Shown piece by piece: positions 32,249 to 43,437 of a stretch of DNA of 64,000 nt. The notes below the pieces were generated by a model. The model was not told the origin of the DNA, did not search any database, and saw only the letters and a list, made by a program, of their open reading frames with translations. Within the stretch, counting starts at the first letter, position 1; each line of letters opens with the position of its first letter. Where the stretch lies: positions 8-64,007 of the forward strand of contig JAFLRU010000001.1 in NCBI GenBank assembly GCA_022511325.1. Reading direction: 5' to 3'. Both the position numbers and the translations under genes were made by a program. The stretch is from Campylobacter sp. GTDB lineage: Bacteria; Campylobacterota; Campylobacteria; Campylobacterales; Campylobacteraceae.

Positions 32249-34293
32249 GACTTTTTGAAGGACTTAATGAAAATCAAATTGAAGCTGCAAAGCATATTGA
32301 TGGTGCGATGCTCATTTTAGCGGGTGCAGGAAGTGGTAAAACCAAAACTATCACCACTCGTCTTGCATATCTCATTAGTGAAGTAGGGATTCCAGCTTTT
32401 AATACTCTGACCTTAACTTTTACAAATAAAGCTGCAAATGAAATGAAAACGAGAGCTTTAAATCTTATTGAACATCAAACTTATGAAAATCCTTTGCTTT
32501 GCACTTTCCATAAATTTGGGCTTTTATTTTTGAGACTTCATATAGAAAAATTAGGGCGTAAAAATGATTTTACTATCTTAGATACAAGCGATACTAAAAA
32601 AATTTTAAAAGAAATCATTGATGAAAAAGAAAATGCTTCAAATATTCTTCATTATATTTCGCATTTTAAAAACCATTCTAAAAGCGTGGAAGAGGTTTTT
32701 GAGGACTTAAATTTTTTCAAAAACGAAGAAGAAAAATACCAAAAATTTGAAAAAATTGCTTCGTATTATAAAAACTACCAAAACTATCTTTTAAAATATA
32801 ATTTTGTCGATTTTGATGACCTTTTAATGCTTAGCAATACTTTGCTTGAAATGGATAAGAATTTCGCAAAAGAACAAAGCAATTTGTATCATTATATCAC
32901 GGTTGATGAGTATCAAGATACTAATGATTTGCAGCATAGAATTCTTAAAAATCTTTGTATTGCCCACGAAAATATCTGTGTTGTAGGAGATGATGATCAA
33001 AGCATTTATAGTTGGCGTGGGGCAAAAATTGATAATATTTTAAATTTTCAAGATGAGTTTTTAAATGTTAAGCTTGTTAAACTTGAAAAAAACTATCGTT
33101 CCACAGAAAAAATTCTTAAAACCGCAAATGAACTCATAAAACATAACCAAAACAGACTTGGTAAAGAACTTATAAGCACCAAAGAACAAGGTGAGGAAAT
33201 TGAAATTTTAAAAACAAATGATGAAAAAGCGGAAAGTAAAGAGCTTGCTTTAAGGATTAAAAAATTGCTTCAAAAAGGAGTTAAAGCAAGTGAAATTGCT
33301 GTGCTTTTTAGGGTTAATGCACTTTCACGTTCTTTAGAAGAAACTTTAAACAAAGAAAAAATTCCTTATAAACTTTTAAGCGGAATGAAATTTTATGAAA
33401 GACTTGAAATCAAAAATGTGCTTTCTTATCTAAGATTTTTAATCAATCTTAATGATGATTTTTCCTTTAAAAGCATTATTAATTATCCTAAAAGAGGTTT
33501 TGGAGCTGCTGCTTTAGAAAAATTAGAAAACTATGCTTTAAAAGAAAAAATTTCTCTCTTTGAGGCTCTTTGTAATCTTGAAGGAAGCGGTTTTTTTACA
33601 AAAAAGCTTGACAATGAAATTCATCACTTTATCGAACACATTAAAAAACTAAAAGAATGCGAAAATTTAGAAAAACTCTTTGATGAACTAGAAAATGAAT
33701 TTAAGTTCAAAGAGTATTACAAAGCCCAAGTTGATGGTGAGGATAGAATTCGCAACCTTGATGAGTTTTATGCCGGAATGAAAGACAAAATCAAAAATGA
33801 AAACTATGAAAGCTTAAATGAAATTCTAAACGAACTTTCACTTTTAAGCGAACAAGATGGAGTGGATGGTGAATTTATCTATGTGATGAGCATACACGCA
33901 AGCAAGGGTTTGGAATTTGATTATGTTTTCATTGTGGGACTTGAGGAAGGATTCTTTCCTCTTAATTCCGAAACAAGCGACATAGAAGAAGAAAGAAGAC
34001 TAGCTTATGTTGCTATAACACGTGCAAAAAAAGCTCTTTGTCTAAGCTATGTGGATTCAAGATTTTACAAAGGTGCAAGAACGACACTTGAAAAAAGCAG
34101 ATTTTTAAATGAAAGTAAAGAAAATTTAGAAAAAGAAGAGGGATATAAAAAAGGAGATTTAATCAAACATAAAATTTTTGGTATTGGTAGGGTTACTGGC
34201 ATAAATGAAGATGGAAAAGAACAAAAACTTCATATCAATTTTGGCGGTATAGAACGTATTATCTTAGCTCCTTTTGTAGAAAAAGTCCTATGA
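32245..34293 (+). CDS. uvrD: ATP-dependent DNA helicase, UvrD/PcrA family
   Basis: [50 protein letters not shown]. Confidence 0.93.
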   Translation: MRLFEGLNENQIEAAKHIDGAMLILAGAGSGKTKTITTRLAYLISEVGIPAFNTLTLTFTNKAANEMKTRALNLIEHQTYENPLLCTFHKFGLLFLRLHIEKLGRKNDFTILDTSDTKKILKEIIDEKENASNILHYISHFKNHSKSVEEVFEDLNFFKNEEEKYQKFEKIASYYKNYQNYLLKYNFVDFDDLLMLSNTLLEMDKNFAKEQSNLYHYITVDEYQDTNDLQHRILKNLCIAHENICVVGDDDQSIYSWRGAKIDNILNFQDEFLNVKLVKLEKNYRSTEKILKTANELIKHNQNRLGKELISTKEQGEEIEILKTNDEKAESKELALRIKKLLQKGVKASEIAVLFRVNALSRSLEETLNKEKIPYKLLSGMKFYERLEIKNVLSYLRFLINLNDDFSFKSIINYPKRGFGAAALEKLENYALKEKISLFEALCNLEGSGFFTKKLDNEIHHFIEHIKKLKECENLEKLFDELENEFKFKEYYKAQVDGEDRIRNLDEFYAGMKDKIKNENYESLNEILNELSLLSEQDGVDGEFIYVMSIHASKGLEFDYVFIVGLEEGFFPLNSETSDIEEERRLAYVAITRAKKALCLSYVDSRFYKGARTTLEKSRFLNESKENLEKEEGYKKGDLIKHKIFGIGRVTGINEDGKEQKLHINFGGIERIILAPFVEKVL

Positions 34294-35108
34294 ATCGACT
34301 CTTTGTTGCTTATAAAAACGCGGAATTAAGTTCTAATGCCTTCTTAAGCCTCATTAAAAAAAAATACAAGGTTAAAAAAGCTGGGTATTCAGGCACACTC
34401 GATCCTTTTGCTAAAGGGGTTTTAATCGTAGCTTTTGGGCAATTTACTAAACTCTTTCGTTTTTTAAAAAAAAGCCCAAAAATTTATCGTGCAACACTTT
34501 GGTTTGGAGCGAATTCTTTAAGTTTTGATAATAAAAACATACAAAGCATTGCTAAAATTCCTATGTTTGATTTAAATAAACTCGAAAAAATCAAAAATGA
34601 ACTTTTAGGCGAAATCACTTTTACACCTCCTCAATTTAGTGCCAAAAGAATACAAGGTAAAAGAGCTTATGAATTTGCTAAAAAAGGTGAAACAATAGCT
34701 TTAAAAGAATGTAAAATGCAAATTTTTTCTTGCGAAATTTTACACTATACTCACCCTTTTTTAAATCTTGAACTTTGTGTTAGCGAAGGAGCTTATGTGC
34801 GTTCTTATTGTGAGCTTTTTGCTCAAAAACTCGGCATTAGCGCAACTTTAAGTGCTTTAGAACGCATTAAAGAGGGGGAATTTAGCTATGAATTTGAAAA
34901 AAGTTTAGATGTATTAAAATACCTAGATTTAAAAGAAAATTTCCTCAAAGATTTAAATAAACTTGAAAATGGAAGCAAAATAGATATTAAAGAACTTAGG
35001 TTTCAAGATGAAGGAAATTATTACATTAAAGATAAAAATTTTTTTTGTGTGATTAATATTAAGGATAATAAGGTAAAATATATTCTTAATAAGGTTGAAA
35101 GATGTTAA
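34290..35108 (+). CDS. truB: tRNA pseudouridine(55) synthase
   Basis: [24 protein letters not shown]. Confidence 0.96.
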   Translation: MNRLFVAYKNAELSSNAFLSLIKKKYKVKKAGYSGTLDPFAKGVLIVAFGQFTKLFRFLKKSPKIYRATLWFGANSLSFDNKNIQSIAKIPMFDLNKLEKIKNELLGEITFTPPQFSAKRIQGKRAYEFAKKGETIALKECKMQIFSCEILHYTHPFLNLELCVSEGAYVRSYCELFAQKLGISATLSALERIKEGEFSYEFEKSLDVLKYLDLKENFLKDLNKLENGSKIDIKELRFQDEGNYYIKDKNFFCVINIKDNKVKYILNKVERC

Positions 35109-35329
35109 TTTTATCAAGAAAAGAAAATGAAAGCATACAAATTGGTGATGATATAGAAGTTAGAATCATACAAACGAGCAAAGGTTATACTAAAATTGGC
35201 ATAGAAGCACCAAAATCTTTAATGATTTTAAGGAAAGAACTCATTGCTCAAATCAAAGGTGAAAATTTACACTCTGCTACGCAAAATGAAGCTAAACTAG
35301 AAATTCTAAGTCAGAAACTTAAAAAATGA
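35102..35329 (+). CDS. csrA: Carbon storage regulator CsrA
   Basis: [25 protein letters not shown]. Confidence 0.96.
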   Translation: MLILSRKENESIQIGDDIEVRIIQTSKGYTKIGIEAPKSLMILRKELIAQIKGENLHSATQNEAKLEILSQKLKK

Positions 35330-36087
35330 AAGCAAGAGCGAAGGCAAATATTTTTCTTAAACTCATAGGTTTTGACAAACGCTCTTATCACCTTTTAAAA
35401 TCACGTTTTATCTTGCTTGAAGAACCTTACGATGAACTGATTTTACAAAATGAAAAATCTAAAGAAGGTTTTGAGCTAGTAAGCAATTTTGAATGCAAGA
35501 ATAATATCATAGAAAAAGCTTATCATCTGCTTTGCAAAGAAGGCTACGAAAATGAACTTAAGGAATTTTTTAAAGATAAAAGCTTAAAACTTATCAAAAA
35601 TATCCCTGTTTGTGCTGGACTTGGAGGTGGAAGCTCGGATGCAGCTTGTTTTTTAATGCTTATGAATAAAGAACTTAATCTTAAGCTTTGTAAAGAAAAA
35701 CTTAGCACATTAAGTCTTTCTTTAGGCTCTGATATAGCATTTTTTTTAAGTGGTTTTAAGAGTGCAAATGTGGAAGGTTGCGGAGAAATCATTGAAGAAT
35801 TTGAAGATGAAATTCCAAAACTTCAGTGGGAATTTCCTAAAATAGCTTGTGAAACTTCAGCAGTTTATCAACAATTTGACAAAAGTGTTTTTGATTTTGA
35901 ACAAAATAAAAAAGAAGGTAAAATCTTTGAAAAATTAAAAACCAAAGAACTTTTAGAATATAAAAATACTAAACTCAATGACTTATTTACTCCCTGTGTA
36001 GCTTTATATCCTAAAATGCAAATTTTCTTAGAGAAAAATTTTTTCCTAAGTGGAAGTGGAAGTAGTGTTTTTAAGGCTTGCAAATGA
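35326..36087 (+). CDS. ispE: 4-diphosphocytidyl-2C-methyl-D-erythritol kinase
   Basis: [30 protein letters not shown]. Confidence 0.95.
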   Translation: MKARAKANIFLKLIGFDKRSYHLLKSRFILLEEPYDELILQNEKSKEGFELVSNFECKNNIIEKAYHLLCKEGYENELKEFFKDKSLKLIKNIPVCAGLGGGSSDAACFLMLMNKELNLKLCKEKLSTLSLSLGSDIAFFLSGFKSANVEGCGEIIEEFEDEIPKLQWEFPKIACETSAVYQQFDKSVFDFEQNKKEGKIFEKLKTKELLEYKNTKLNDLFTPCVALYPKMQIFLEKNFFLSGSGSSVFKACK

Positions 36088-36548
36088 AAAAGAATATTGC
36101 AAGAAATAAAAAGGCTTTATTTGACTTTGAAATACTTGAAAGCTTTGAAGCGGGGATTGTGCTAAAAGGAAGTGAAGTAGTGGCATTAAGACAAGCAAGG
36201 GCGAATTTGAAAGATTCTTTTGTGCGTATCATCAAAGGAGAGCTTTTTTTGCTCAATGCTCATATTTCATATCTTAATACAACTCATTCTTATTATAAAC
36301 ACGAAGAAAAAGCTCCAAGAAAGCTTTTAATGCATAGAAAACAAATCGATAAACTTTTGGGAAAAGTAAGTGTTGAGGGCTATACTTTGGTGGTTTTAGA
36401 TTTGTATTTTAACGCTAAAAATAAAGTTAAAGCGACTCTAGCCTTAGCTAAAGGTAAGAATTTGCACGACAAACGCGAAACTTTAAAAAGAAAACAAGCA
36501 GATTTAGATGCTAAAATGGCGATGAAAAATTATAAGGATTTAAGATGA
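36084..36548 (+). CDS. smpB: SsrA-binding protein
   Basis: [29 protein letters not shown]. Confidence 0.97.
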   Translation: MKKNIARNKKALFDFEILESFEAGIVLKGSEVVALRQARANLKDSFVRIIKGELFLLNAHISYLNTTHSYYKHEEKAPRKLLMHRKQIDKLLGKVSVEGYTLVVLDLYFNAKNKVKATLALAKGKNLHDKRETLKRKQADLDAKMAMKNYKDLR

Positions 36549-37144
36549 AAAAAGCTTTAAAATTGAGTATAATTATATTTTTAGGATTATTTATCGTAAA
36601 TTGCAGCGATGAAGAAGTCAAAAATGATTTAGTATTTAAAGAATACAAACCCGGAGATAAAATTATCTTAAACAGCGTCAATGGAGGTTCTAAAACCTTA
36701 ATTCGCAAAGAAAATGGTTTTATCATTGAAGGAGAAGAGGATAAGGTTGTAATGTTTGATTTTTTTGGAACTTTTTGTGCTCCTTGTAAGGAAGAAGCAC
36801 TCGATCTTAGCAAACTTTGGAGAGATAATACTGAGCATTTTACTATTCTAGGACTAAGTCATTTTGAAAATGTGAGTAATGAAACAGTGAAAAAATTTGC
36901 CGATGATTATGGGGCATATTATTTTTTAAGCAACGAAAGTGCAAACGATAGAATCATTGCTCAAATTTTGCACGATATAGACTACCAAAATATGGAACAA
37001 TTGCCTTTCAAAGTTGTCTTAAAAAAAGGAAAATATCAAGAATTAAGTGATTATTGGAATGAAAACAAAAAGACTAAATTTTATCTTGGAAAAGTTCCGA
37101 TAAAATTGATACAAGAAGATTTAGAAAGGATTTATAAAGATTAA
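36545..37144 (+). CDS. Thioredoxin-fold (TlpA/ResA-like) lipoprotein
   Basis: Signal peptide ending IVNC (lipobox-like); FFGTFCAPC CxxC motif. Confidence 0.85.
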   Translation: MKKALKLSIIIFLGLFIVNCSDEEVKNDLVFKEYKPGDKIILNSVNGGSKTLIRKENGFIIEGEEDKVVMFDFFGTFCAPCKEEALDLSKLWRDNTEHFTILGLSHFENVSNETVKKFADDYGAYYFLSNESANDRIIAQILHDIDYQNMEQLPFKVVLKKGKYQELSDYWNENKKTKFYLGKVPIKLIQEDLERIYKD

Positions 37145-37148
37145 AATT

Positions 37149-37439
37149 ATGCCAAAAACAAAGACTTTAGAACAAACAAAGCTTAAAGAACCTAAAATGT
37201 TTAAGGTTTTGCTAATAAACGACGATGTTACAACTATGGATTTTGTCGTGGAAGTTTTAATGGGTATTTTCAACCACGATTTTAACAATGCTAATAAAAT
37301 TATGCTTGAAGTGCATTGTAATGGAAGTGGGGTTTGTGGAATTTATACTCAAGAAATCGCTCTTTCAAAACAAAAAAAGGTTAGTGATATGGCAAAAATT
37401 GCAAATTTTCCATTGCAAACTAGAGTGGAGGAAGAATGA
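37149..37439 (+). CDS. clpS: ATP-dependent Clp protease adaptor ClpS
   Basis: NDDVTTMDFV, MLEVH, GIYT. Confidence 0.96.
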   Translation: MPKTKTLEQTKLKEPKMFKVLLINDDVTTMDFVVEVLMGIFNHDFNNANKIMLEVHCNGSGVCGIYTQEIALSKQKKVSDMAKIANFPLQTRVEEE

Positions 37440-39571
37440 AATATCAAGAAGAACTTAAAAAATATCTTGACAATGCTAAGCATTTAAGTCTTATAAATCG
37501 CCACGAATTCATTACTTGCGAACATCTACTTTTTGCTTTACTTAAACTTAGTGGAGATTTTAAAGCAATTTTCAAAGAACTAGGGGATGGAGAATTAGAA
37601 CTTTTAGAAAATGAGCTTAAAAATTATATCTCTCAAAAAAATGAAAGTCTAAGAAAAGATATTGAACCTATAAATTCAATAGTCTTAGATGAAATTTTAG
37701 ACACAATTAAAAAAGAAAATCCAAGCAAAAGCATAAAAATCATTGATTTTTTAGATAAGGTTTTGGAAGATGAAAGAAGTTATTCAAACTATCTACTTCA
37801 AAAACATGAACTAAATTCTCAAAAACTTAAAGAAATGAAAGAAATTAATAATTTAGAACATTTAAGCCTCTATACAAGCGAACTTACTCTTTTAGCAAGT
37901 CAAGGAAAGATTGATCCTTTAGTAGGTAGAAATTTTGAACTTGAAAGAATGATGCAAATTCTAGCGCGTCGTAAAAAAAATAATCCGGTTTTAATCGGCG
38001 AAGCAGGGGTTGGAAAAACAGCGATTGTGGAGGGTTTAGCTTTAGCTATCTTTGAAAAAAAAGTGCCAAAACAATTATTAGGTGCTAAAATTTATAGCCT
38101 TGATATTACAGGGCTTCTTTCAGGTACAAAATATCGTGGAGATTTTGAAAAACGCATTAAAGAAGTTTTAAATGAGCTTTCTCTTATCCCAAATGCTATA
38201 CTTTTCATTGACGAAATTCACACCATAGTAGGAGCTGGAGCCGCTGGAGAAAGTCATATGGATTTTTCAAATCTTTTAAAACCTGCTCTTAGTAGTGGAA
38301 GATTAAAATGTATAGGTGCAACAACCTTTTTAGAATACAAAAATACCTTTGATAAAAACAAGGCTTTAAGTCGCCGTTTTGCTAAAATCAATGTCGATGA
38401 ACCAAGCAAAGAAGAATGTTTGCTCATTTTAAAAGGACTTAAAGGCAAATATGAGAATTTTCATCATATCAAGCTCAGTGATGAAATTTTAGAAGCAAGT
38501 GTAGAATGGGGCAAGAAATTTTTCAATGATAAATTCTTACCTGATTCTGCAATTGATTTGATTGATGAACTTGGAGCTTCTTTTTCTTTACGTGAAAAAG
38601 CTAAAAAAACTGCCACTTTGAAAGATTTAGAATTAACTTTGGCTAAAATGACTCATTCTCATCAAATTTTCGAATTTGACCAAAATAAGGCTTTAATGAG
38701 TCTTAATACAAAACTAAAAAACCAAATTTTCGGGCAAGATGAAGTGATTGATGAGCTTTGTTCAACTCTAAAGCAAAGTTATGCAGGATTTAAAAATCAA
38801 AACTCACCACGAGGTATCTTTCTTTTTACTGGTTCAAGTGGAGTAGGAAAAACCGAACTTTGTAAGAATTTAGCAAATCTTTTGGGCTTAAATTTAGAAA
38901 GATTTGATATGAGTGAATATGCCGAAAAACACGCTCTTAGCAAACTCATCGGTTCTCCTGCAGGTTATGTTGGTTATGAAGATGGCGGACTTTTAAGCAA
39001 TGCTATACGCAAAAATCCTTTCAGTGTCGTGCTTTTTGATGAGATAGAAAAAGCCCATCCAGACCTTAGCAACACTTTTTTACAAATTTTTGATAATGCA
39101 ATGCTTACAGATAATAGTGGTTTAAAGGTAGATTTTAAAAATACTATCATCGTTATGACCTCAAATTTAGGACTTAAAGAAAGTAATGAGCTTGGATTTT
39201 TAAGTAAAAATGAAGAAAAAAGCAAACGAGCGATTAAAGAATTTTTTGCTCCTGAATTCATTAACAGAATTGATAAAATTTTACATTTTAATGACCTTAA
39301 TGACAATATTTTAGCAAAAATTGTGCAAAAAGAACTTGATGAAATTTCTAAAAATCTAAAAAATGTTAGTTTAGTTGCAGATGAAAAAGTTAAAATTTAT
39401 TTAGCTAAAAAAGCCTATCAAAAAGAATTTGGAGTGCGTCTTTTAAAACGCATTATTGCTGAAGAAATTGGCGAAAAAATCAGTGATGAAATCCTTTTTG
39501 GAAAACTCAAAAAAGGTGGAGTTGCGAAAATCAAACTTGGCAAAAATGGAAAAATCCAAATTATATTCTAA
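37436..39571 (+). CDS. clpA: Clp protease ATP-binding subunit ClpA
   Basis: Two AAA+ modules (GEAGVGKT and GSSGVGKT); lies between clpS and aat. Confidence 0.94.
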   Translation: MKYQEELKKYLDNAKHLSLINRHEFITCEHLLFALLKLSGDFKAIFKELGDGELELLENELKNYISQKNESLRKDIEPINSIVLDEILDTIKKENPSKSIKIIDFLDKVLEDERSYSNYLLQKHELNSQKLKEMKEINNLEHLSLYTSELTLLASQGKIDPLVGRNFELERMMQILARRKKNNPVLIGEAGVGKTAIVEGLALAIFEKKVPKQLLGAKIYSLDITGLLSGTKYRGDFEKRIKEVLNELSLIPNAILFIDEIHTIVGAGAAGESHMDFSNLLKPALSSGRLKCIGATTFLEYKNTFDKNKALSRRFAKINVDEPSKEECLLILKGLKGKYENFHHIKLSDEILEASVEWGKKFFNDKFLPDSAIDLIDELGASFSLREKAKKTATLKDLELTLAKMTHSHQIFEFDQNKALMSLNTKLKNQIFGQDEVIDELCSTLKQSYAGFKNQNSPRGIFLFTGSSGVGKTELCKNLANLLGLNLERFDMSEYAEKHALSKLIGSPAGYVGYEDGGLLSNAIRKNPFSVVLFDEIEKAHPDLSNTFLQIFDNAMLTDNSGLKVDFKNTIIVMTSNLGLKESNELGFLSKNEEKSKRAIKEFFAPEFINRIDKILHFNDLNDNILAKIVQKELDEISKNLKNVSLVADEKVKIYLAKKAYQKEFGVRLLKRIIAEEIGEKISDEILFGKLKKGGVAKIKLGKNGKIQIIF

Positions 39572-40199
39572 GCTTTTAAACGCCCCTAAAGATTCCGCTG
39601 TTTTTCTAAGTCCAAAACTCGAAAGTGATTTTATCTTAAAAGCTTATGCTTTTGGACTTTTTCCTTGGACAAATAACCCCGTAACTTGGTGGTGTCCTGA
39701 CCCTAGATGCGTGCTTTTTCCAAACGAAATTCATATACAAAAAAATATGAAAAAATTTTTAAGTGCTTATGAAATAAGGCTTGATTATGATTTTTTAAAA
39801 CTCATCACACTTTGCAAACAAATGCGTGCTAAAAGCTGGATTGATGAGGATTTTATACGCGTTTATAATGAGCTTTTTGAGCAAGGTTTTGTGCATAGTT
39901 TAGAACTTTATGAAAAAAATGAACTTGTAGGTGGAATTTATGGCTTAATTTTAGGAAAAATATTTTTTGGTGAGAGTATGGTTAGTCTTAAAAAAAATGC
40001 TTCTAAAGTGGCTTTAATAAAGCTTTGTGAGCTTTTAAAGCCTTATGATTTTATCATTGATTGCCAAGTTTATAACGCACATTTAGAATTTATGGGAGCT
40101 AAAAACATTGAACGCAAAGATTTTCTCGCTATTTTAGAAAAAAAATGCGAAGAACAAAGTGGTTTTGAAAATTTCAAAGCTTTGCAAATTCACCTATAA
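39546..40199 (+). CDS. aat: Leucyl/phenylalanyl-tRNA--protein transferase
   Basis: GLFPW, WWCPDPR, GGIYG, FFGESM, ASKVA, DCQ; start placed at ATG 39546. Confidence 0.95.
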   Translation: MEKSKLYSKLLNAPKDSAVFLSPKLESDFILKAYAFGLFPWTNNPVTWWCPDPRCVLFPNEIHIQKNMKKFLSAYEIRLDYDFLKLITLCKQMRAKSWIDEDFIRVYNELFEQGFVHSLELYEKNELVGGIYGLILGKIFFGESMVSLKKNASKVALIKLCELLKPYDFIIDCQVYNAHLEFMGAKNIERKDFLAILEKKCEEQSGFENFKALQIHL

Positions 40200-40203
40200 A
40201 ATT

Positions 40204-40842
40204 TTATAGATTAAATATACCTTTTAAACCTGTTATCATAATTTTTACCCCAATCGCAACAATGAAAACAAGGGCTATTCTAGAAAAAACGTGCAAAATA
40301 AGCCTTCCTACAATCTTTTCAATCATAGCTGCAAAATGAAATAAAACAAACATAAAGATAAAAGCTATAATCACAGCTCCAAGTGCGATCTCAAGCCCTC
40401 CGTCCTCTGAAAGCACAATAACCGTCGCTAAGGTTCCTGGTCCTACAAGCATAGGAAAAGCCATAGGAATTAAGCTTTGTCTTAAAAGTTCTTTTTCATC
40501 CATTCCTTGATAATGCGAAAAGTCTTTGGTTGCAATCTTTGTTGAAAAAAGCAAATTTTTTACTGACATAACAATAAGCACCAAGCCCCCAGAAACCCTT
40601 AAATCATCAAGGGATACACGAAAAATATAATTCATAAACAAAGAACCTGAAAATAAAAACACCAAAACAATAATAAAAGCTGTGTATAAAATAGTTTTAA
40701 AAAGTTTTTTTCTAAATTCTAAAGACAAGCCTTCACTCATCGCTAAAAATTGAGTTAAATTCCCAAAAGGATTTAATACTGCAAGCAAAGTAATGGCTGA
40801 AAAAAACATCAAATAAAATTCTTGCTCACTCACTACAAGCAT
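40204..40842 (-). CDS. MarC family integral membrane protein
   Basis: LNPFGN and PMAFPMLVGPG motifs; about 6 TM segments. Confidence 0.92.
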   Translation of the reverse strand: MLVVSEQEFYLMFFSAITLLAVLNPFGNLTQFLAMSEGLSLEFRKKLFKTILYTAFIIVLVFLFSGSLFMNYIFRVSLDDLRVSGGLVLIVMSVKNLLFSTKIATKDFSHYQGMDEKELLRQSLIPMAFPMLVGPGTLATVIVLSEDGGLEIALGAVIIAFIFMFVLFHFAAMIEKIVGRLILHVFSRIALVFIVAIGVKIMITGLKGIFNL

Positions 40843-40856
40843 TTTTATTTCACCTT

Positions 40857-41216
40857 TTAATCCTTGCTTTTAACAAATTCTAAAGAAATAGAATTAACAC
40901 AATGTCTAACATTTTTAGGTGAAAAACCTTCTCCTTCAAAAACGTGTCCTAAATGTCCATCACATTTTGCACACAAAATTTCCGTTCTAACGCCGTCTTT
41001 ATCGGGCATTCTTTTTACAGCCCCTTCTATCTCATCATCAAAACTAGGCCACCCACAACCTGATTTGAATTTATCTTTAGAATCATAAAGTTTTGCTCCA
41101 CACTGCTTGCAATGATAAATGCCCTTTTCGTAAAAATCATTGTATTTTCCACTAAAAGGAGCTTCTGTTCCTTTTTCTAAAATCACTCTTTTTTCTTCTT
41201 CATTTAACTCTTTCAT
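40857..41216 (-). CDS. msrB: Peptide-methionine (R)-S-oxide reductase MsrB
   Basis: GTEAPF, CxxC pairs, SGCGWPSF, HLGHVF, RHCVNS. Confidence 0.97.
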   Translation of the reverse strand: MKELNEEEKRVILEKGTEAPFSGKYNDFYEKGIYHCKQCGAKLYDSKDKFKSGCGWPSFDDEIEGAVKRMPDKDGVRTEILCAKCDGHLGHVFEGEGFSPKNVRHCVNSISLEFVKSKD

Positions 41217-41243
41217 CTTTTTTCCTGTGTAAATTTAATGCGT

Positions 41244-41277
41244 ATTATACAACTAAAAAGCAATTTTAAGTTATAAT
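41244..41277. promoter_or_regulatory. Divergent TATAAT boxes for msrB (minus, 41244-41249) and the ferritin-like gene (plus, 41272-41277)
   Basis: Perfect TATAAT on each strand of an 84-bp intergenic gap. Confidence 0.6.
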
Positions 41278-41300
41278 TTCAAAAAAACCTTAGGAATAGA

Positions 41301-42101
41301 ATGAAAAAAGAATTTTTCAACGACTTAGAAAAAATTTTGTATGAAGAAAATTTAGAAAAAAAATTTTCTAAATTTGAAAACTTTTATGAGAATTTTAAAA
41401 GTGAAAAATTTGTTTTTAATATGGAACAAGCGAGTATTTTCAAAGAAAATTTAAATCAAAACATAAGTTTTACTCACCCCACTCGCATTCGTCGTCCTAA
41501 ATTCACAAACAGCACAAAGGCTTTAGCTAAGGTGATTCATTCTATCACACATATTGAATTTTGTGCTATCAATCTTGCCCTTGATACAAGCTATCGCTTT
41601 AAAAATTTACCCTATGAATTTTATAAAGATTGGCTTGAGGTCGCAGATGAGGAAATTAAGCATTTTAAACTTTTAAATTCTATACTTGAAGAACTTGGTT
41701 TTAAATACAGTGATTTTTGCGTGCATAACAATTTAGAATTAGCTTTAAAAGCCACAAAGGACTCTTTAAATTTTAGAGTAGGAGTAGTGCATAGAGGACT
41801 TGAAGCTAAAGGGCTTGACGCAAATCCTTTTGTGATTAAAAAACTTGAAAGTTCCACACATAAAAGTAAAACTCTTTTAAAAGAAATTCTTGCTATTATC
41901 TTAAATGACGAGATTAAACACGTAAAAAAAGGTGATTTTTGGTGGAAATTTTCTAAAAAAGAGGGAGAGGATTTTTTAAGTTTGTGCGAAAAATTTAAGG
42001 ATTTTTCTTTGGCGGGAAAAACGCTTAATATCAAAGCAAGACTTGAGGCAGGTTTTGACGAAAAAGAATGCGAGAGCATCGCTAAGTTTTATCAAAACTA
42101 A
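41301..42101 (+). CDS. Ferritin-like DUF455 family protein
   Basis: HSITHIEFCAINLALD, EEIKHF, LEAKGLD, DEIKHV. Confidence 0.9.
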   Translation: MKKEFFNDLEKILYEENLEKKFSKFENFYENFKSEKFVFNMEQASIFKENLNQNISFTHPTRIRRPKFTNSTKALAKVIHSITHIEFCAINLALDTSYRFKNLPYEFYKDWLEVADEEIKHFKLLNSILEELGFKYSDFCVHNNLELALKATKDSLNFRVGVVHRGLEAKGLDANPFVIKKLESSTHKSKTLLKEILAIILNDEIKHVKKGDFWWKFSKKEGEDFLSLCEKFKDFSLAGKTLNIKARLEAGFDEKECESIAKFYQN

Positions 42102-42820
42102 TTTTTATTTTTTAGACCTAAAACAAAAAACATATAAATGGCTCTAAAAATACCATAAAGCACATAAAAACTTGCCAAAATCACAAGACTTTCGAGAGGA
42201 TAAAGATAAAGAAGAGAAAAAACTATAATTAAAATTACTAAAACTTTTAAAACATTTGGGCGACTTAAATCAATCTTTTTAAAACTTGGATAGCGGATAT
42301 TGCTTACCATTAAAAGTCCTAAAATTCCTTGTAAAATTAAAAATACAATGCCATAAGACTTTAAAAAATCATGACTAACATACGCATAAGTCCAAATTGC
42401 ACTTACAATTGCTGCCGTAGGAATAGGAAGTCCTATAAAAACAGAAGATTCATTTGTTTGAGCGGCAACATTAAATCTTGCCAAACGAATTGCACCAAAA
42501 ACAACAAAAAAAGCTGTAATCAAAGAACCAAGTCTTCCAAAATACGCACCAATACTCATATAAAAAAGCACCGCAGGAGCAACTCCGAAAGCAACTAAAT
42601 CCGCTAAAGAGTCAAATTCCACTCCAAATTTAGAAGTGGTTTTTGTAAGCCTTGCAACGCGTCCATCTAAACCATCACAAATCAAAGACAAAATAATATA
42701 AGTTAAAGCATTTTTATAATTTCCGTGCAAAGAAGCAATAATAGAAATCACTCCTAAAAAAGCTGAAGCAGCGGTAAAAAGATTTGGTAAGATATAGATG
42801 AGCTGAAGTTTATTATTCAT
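42098..42820 (-). CDS. pssA: CDP-diacylglycerol--serine O-phosphatidyltransferase
   Basis: LPNLFT, DGLDGRVAR, FGVEFDSLAD, RLARFN. Confidence 0.96.
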   Translation of the reverse strand: MNNKLQLIYILPNLFTAASAFLGVISIIASLHGNYKNALTYIILSLICDGLDGRVARLTKTTSKFGVEFDSLADLVAFGVAPAVLFYMSIGAYFGRLGSLITAFFVVFGAIRLARFNVAAQTNESSVFIGLPIPTAAIVSAIWTYAYVSHDFLKSYGIVFLILQGILGLLMVSNIRYPSFKKIDLSRPNVLKVLVILIIVFSLLYLYPLESLVILASFYVLYGIFRAIYMFFVLGLKNKN

Positions 42821-43437
42821 ATTTTTCCTAAATAGCCTAGCAAACTTCCAGAACTAATATAATCACCCAAACCCGCATAAATTCGAGCTTGTTTTGGTAA
42901 AAATAAATGAATGCTTCCGTTGATTAAAAAACCTAATTTATCTCCACAATTTAAATCATAGGAAATATTATCAAGTTTTAATTTTCTATCCAAAGAACCT
43001 GCATAAATTCTTAAAGCGATTTTTTGTCCCTCAGCCTTAGCTAAGATAAAAACTCTTTCATTCATTCTTTTTGCGGCTTCTAATTTTGAGCATAAAAAAA
43101 GTCCGTGTTTGGCTCTAATCTCTTCAATATGCATTTTTATAGGAGAGTTTAAAACACCTGAATCATAAAAGGAATTTTTAATGCTAAGTTCAATGCATTC
43201 ACCTAAATCCTTGTGTTTGCAATTTTCAATTTTTGTAACCTTGCCATCAATGGGAGATAAGATAGCTAATTTATCATCACAAACAAGTTTGCGACTTGGA
43301 GTTCTAAAAATGAACAAAAGGATTAAAAGCAGGAAAAACAATATAAAGGAAAAACTCCAAAATATCCATACTAAAATCCATAAAACAAAAACAAAAGCTA
43401 TGCTTAAATATCCCTCTTTGGCAATAAAATTTTTCAT
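42817..43437 (-). CDS. Phosphatidylserine decarboxylase-like membrane protein
   Basis: N-terminal TM, FIFRTP, LSPIDGKV, GS near the C-terminus; directly upstream of pssA. Confidence 0.78.
   Translation of the reverse strand: MKNFIAKEGYLSIAFVFVLWILVWIFWSFSFILFFLLLILLFIFRTPSRKLVCDDKLAILSPIDGKVTKIENCKHKDLGECIELSIKNSFYDSGVLNSPIKMHIEEIRAKHGLFLCSKLEAAKRMNERVFILAKAEGQKIALRIYAGSLDRKLKLDNISYDLNCGDKLGFLINGSIHLFLPKQARIYAGLGDYISSGSLLGYLGKI

Noticed and set aside
37149-40199. clpS-clpA-aat cluster
   Set aside because: Standard N-end rule pathway
41621-42079. 152-aa antisense ORF
   Set aside because: Shadow of the DUF455 gene, with the Ser/Leu/Phe-rich composition typical of the reverse frame
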